A stretch of 64,000 bases of DNA. Origin: an uncultured delta proteobacterium (GTDB taxonomy: Bacteria; Desulfobacterota; RBG-13-43-22). The position numbers were made by a program, and so were the translations under genes. Shown piece by piece: positions 63,465 through 64,000 of the stretch. Numbering within the stretch: the stretch's first letter is position 1; each line of letters opens with the position of its first letter. The stretch spans positions 96,001 to 160,000 of the forward strand of contig CAWJJC010000003.1 of the NCBI GenBank assembly GCA_963843145.1. Reading direction: 5' to 3'. Under the pieces are notes generated by a model. The model was given only the letters and a program-made list of their open reading frames with translations. It had not been told where the DNA came from and ran no database searches.

Positions 63465-64000
63465 ATGGCCCCCCTTCGGGAAACCGCCGTCGGTTTATAT
63501 ATTCATGTTCCGTTTTGCCGAAGCAAATGCCCTTATTGCCATTTTTATTCCACAACCTCCTTGGACCTGATACCGGACTGGCTGGAGGCGGTTAAAAAGG
63601 AGGCGCTTCTTTATCGAAGCCTTTTCACTTCCTTTGATACCGTCTATTTCGGCGGCGGAACCCCTTCTCTGCTTTCTCCACCCGCCCTGGGCGATTTGCT
63701 GGAGTTCTTTCGAAACCGGTTTTGCCTTTCCGAGGATTGTGAGATTACCCTGGAGGCCAACCCGGGGGACCTGGATCGGGAAACAACCCGGGATTTCCGA
63801 AAAACCGGCATCAACCGTCTCAGCCTGGGCGTACAGTCCTTCTCCGATGAAGAGCTGACCTTTCTGGGCCGCCGACACGGGGTTCCGGACGCCGTCCGGG
63901 CGATCGAGGCCGCCCGGTCGGCCGGTTTTGACAATTTGGGGATAGATTTGATTTTTGGGATTCCAGGACAAACAGGGAGCCGGTGGCAGGATGCGTTGAC
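63465..64000 (+). CDS. hemW: Radical SAM heme chaperone HemW / HemN-like, 5' part (runs off the window)
   Basis: MAPLRETAVGLYIHVPFCRSKCPYCHFYS, YFGGGTPS, EITLEANP, NRLSLGVQSF; missing from the ORF track because there is no stop in the window. Confidence 0.88.
   Translation, partial: MAPLRETAVGLYIHVPFCRSKCPYCHFYSTTSLDLIPDWLEAVKKEALLYRSLFTSFDTVYFGGGTPSLLSPPALGDLLEFFRNRFCLSEDCEITLEANPGDLDRETTRDFRKTGINRLSLGVQSFSDEELTFLGRRHGVPDAVRAIEAARSAGFDNLGIDLIFGIPGQTGSRWQDAL

Overview
Chromosomal window from a moderately GC-rich bacterium. Protein styles and gene order suggest Desulfobacterota (deltaproteobacterial); this is inference only. About 34 kb (23.2-57.2 kb) is the conserved translation/transcription supercluster: five tRNAs, tuf-rpmG-secE-nusG-rplKAJL-rpoBC, the str operon with a second tuf, and the S10, spc and alpha operons. 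It is followed by ubiE/menG, a DUF296 gene, lepA, trkAH and a partial hemW. The first 23 kb is more accessory. It holds Liv-type ABC ATPases with pxpBC, a NifX/NifU/FmdB cluster, yebC-ruvCAB, an orphan ParA with a coiled-coil partner, a sigma54-driven orphan pilin, a hybrid kinase, and a TetR-led lipid-catabolism operon. That operon contains two unusual multidomain fusions: hydratase2-SDR-SCP2 and HMGS-like-DUF35-SDR-SCP2. The most striking unexplained signal is a set of intergenic inverted arrays of 7-nt (and one 8-nt) tandem repeats in several sequence families. One pair brackets a four-helix-bundle (23S rRNA IVS protein / Avd-like) gene, and an empty pair of the same family sits after rplQ. 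There is also a separate ~78-bp REPIN/MITE-like arm present in several copies. Two genes carry single-base insertions that may be sequencing errors (ruvA, and the HMGS-DUF35-SDR gene). All calls were made by eye from the sequence and ORF track; no database searches were run.
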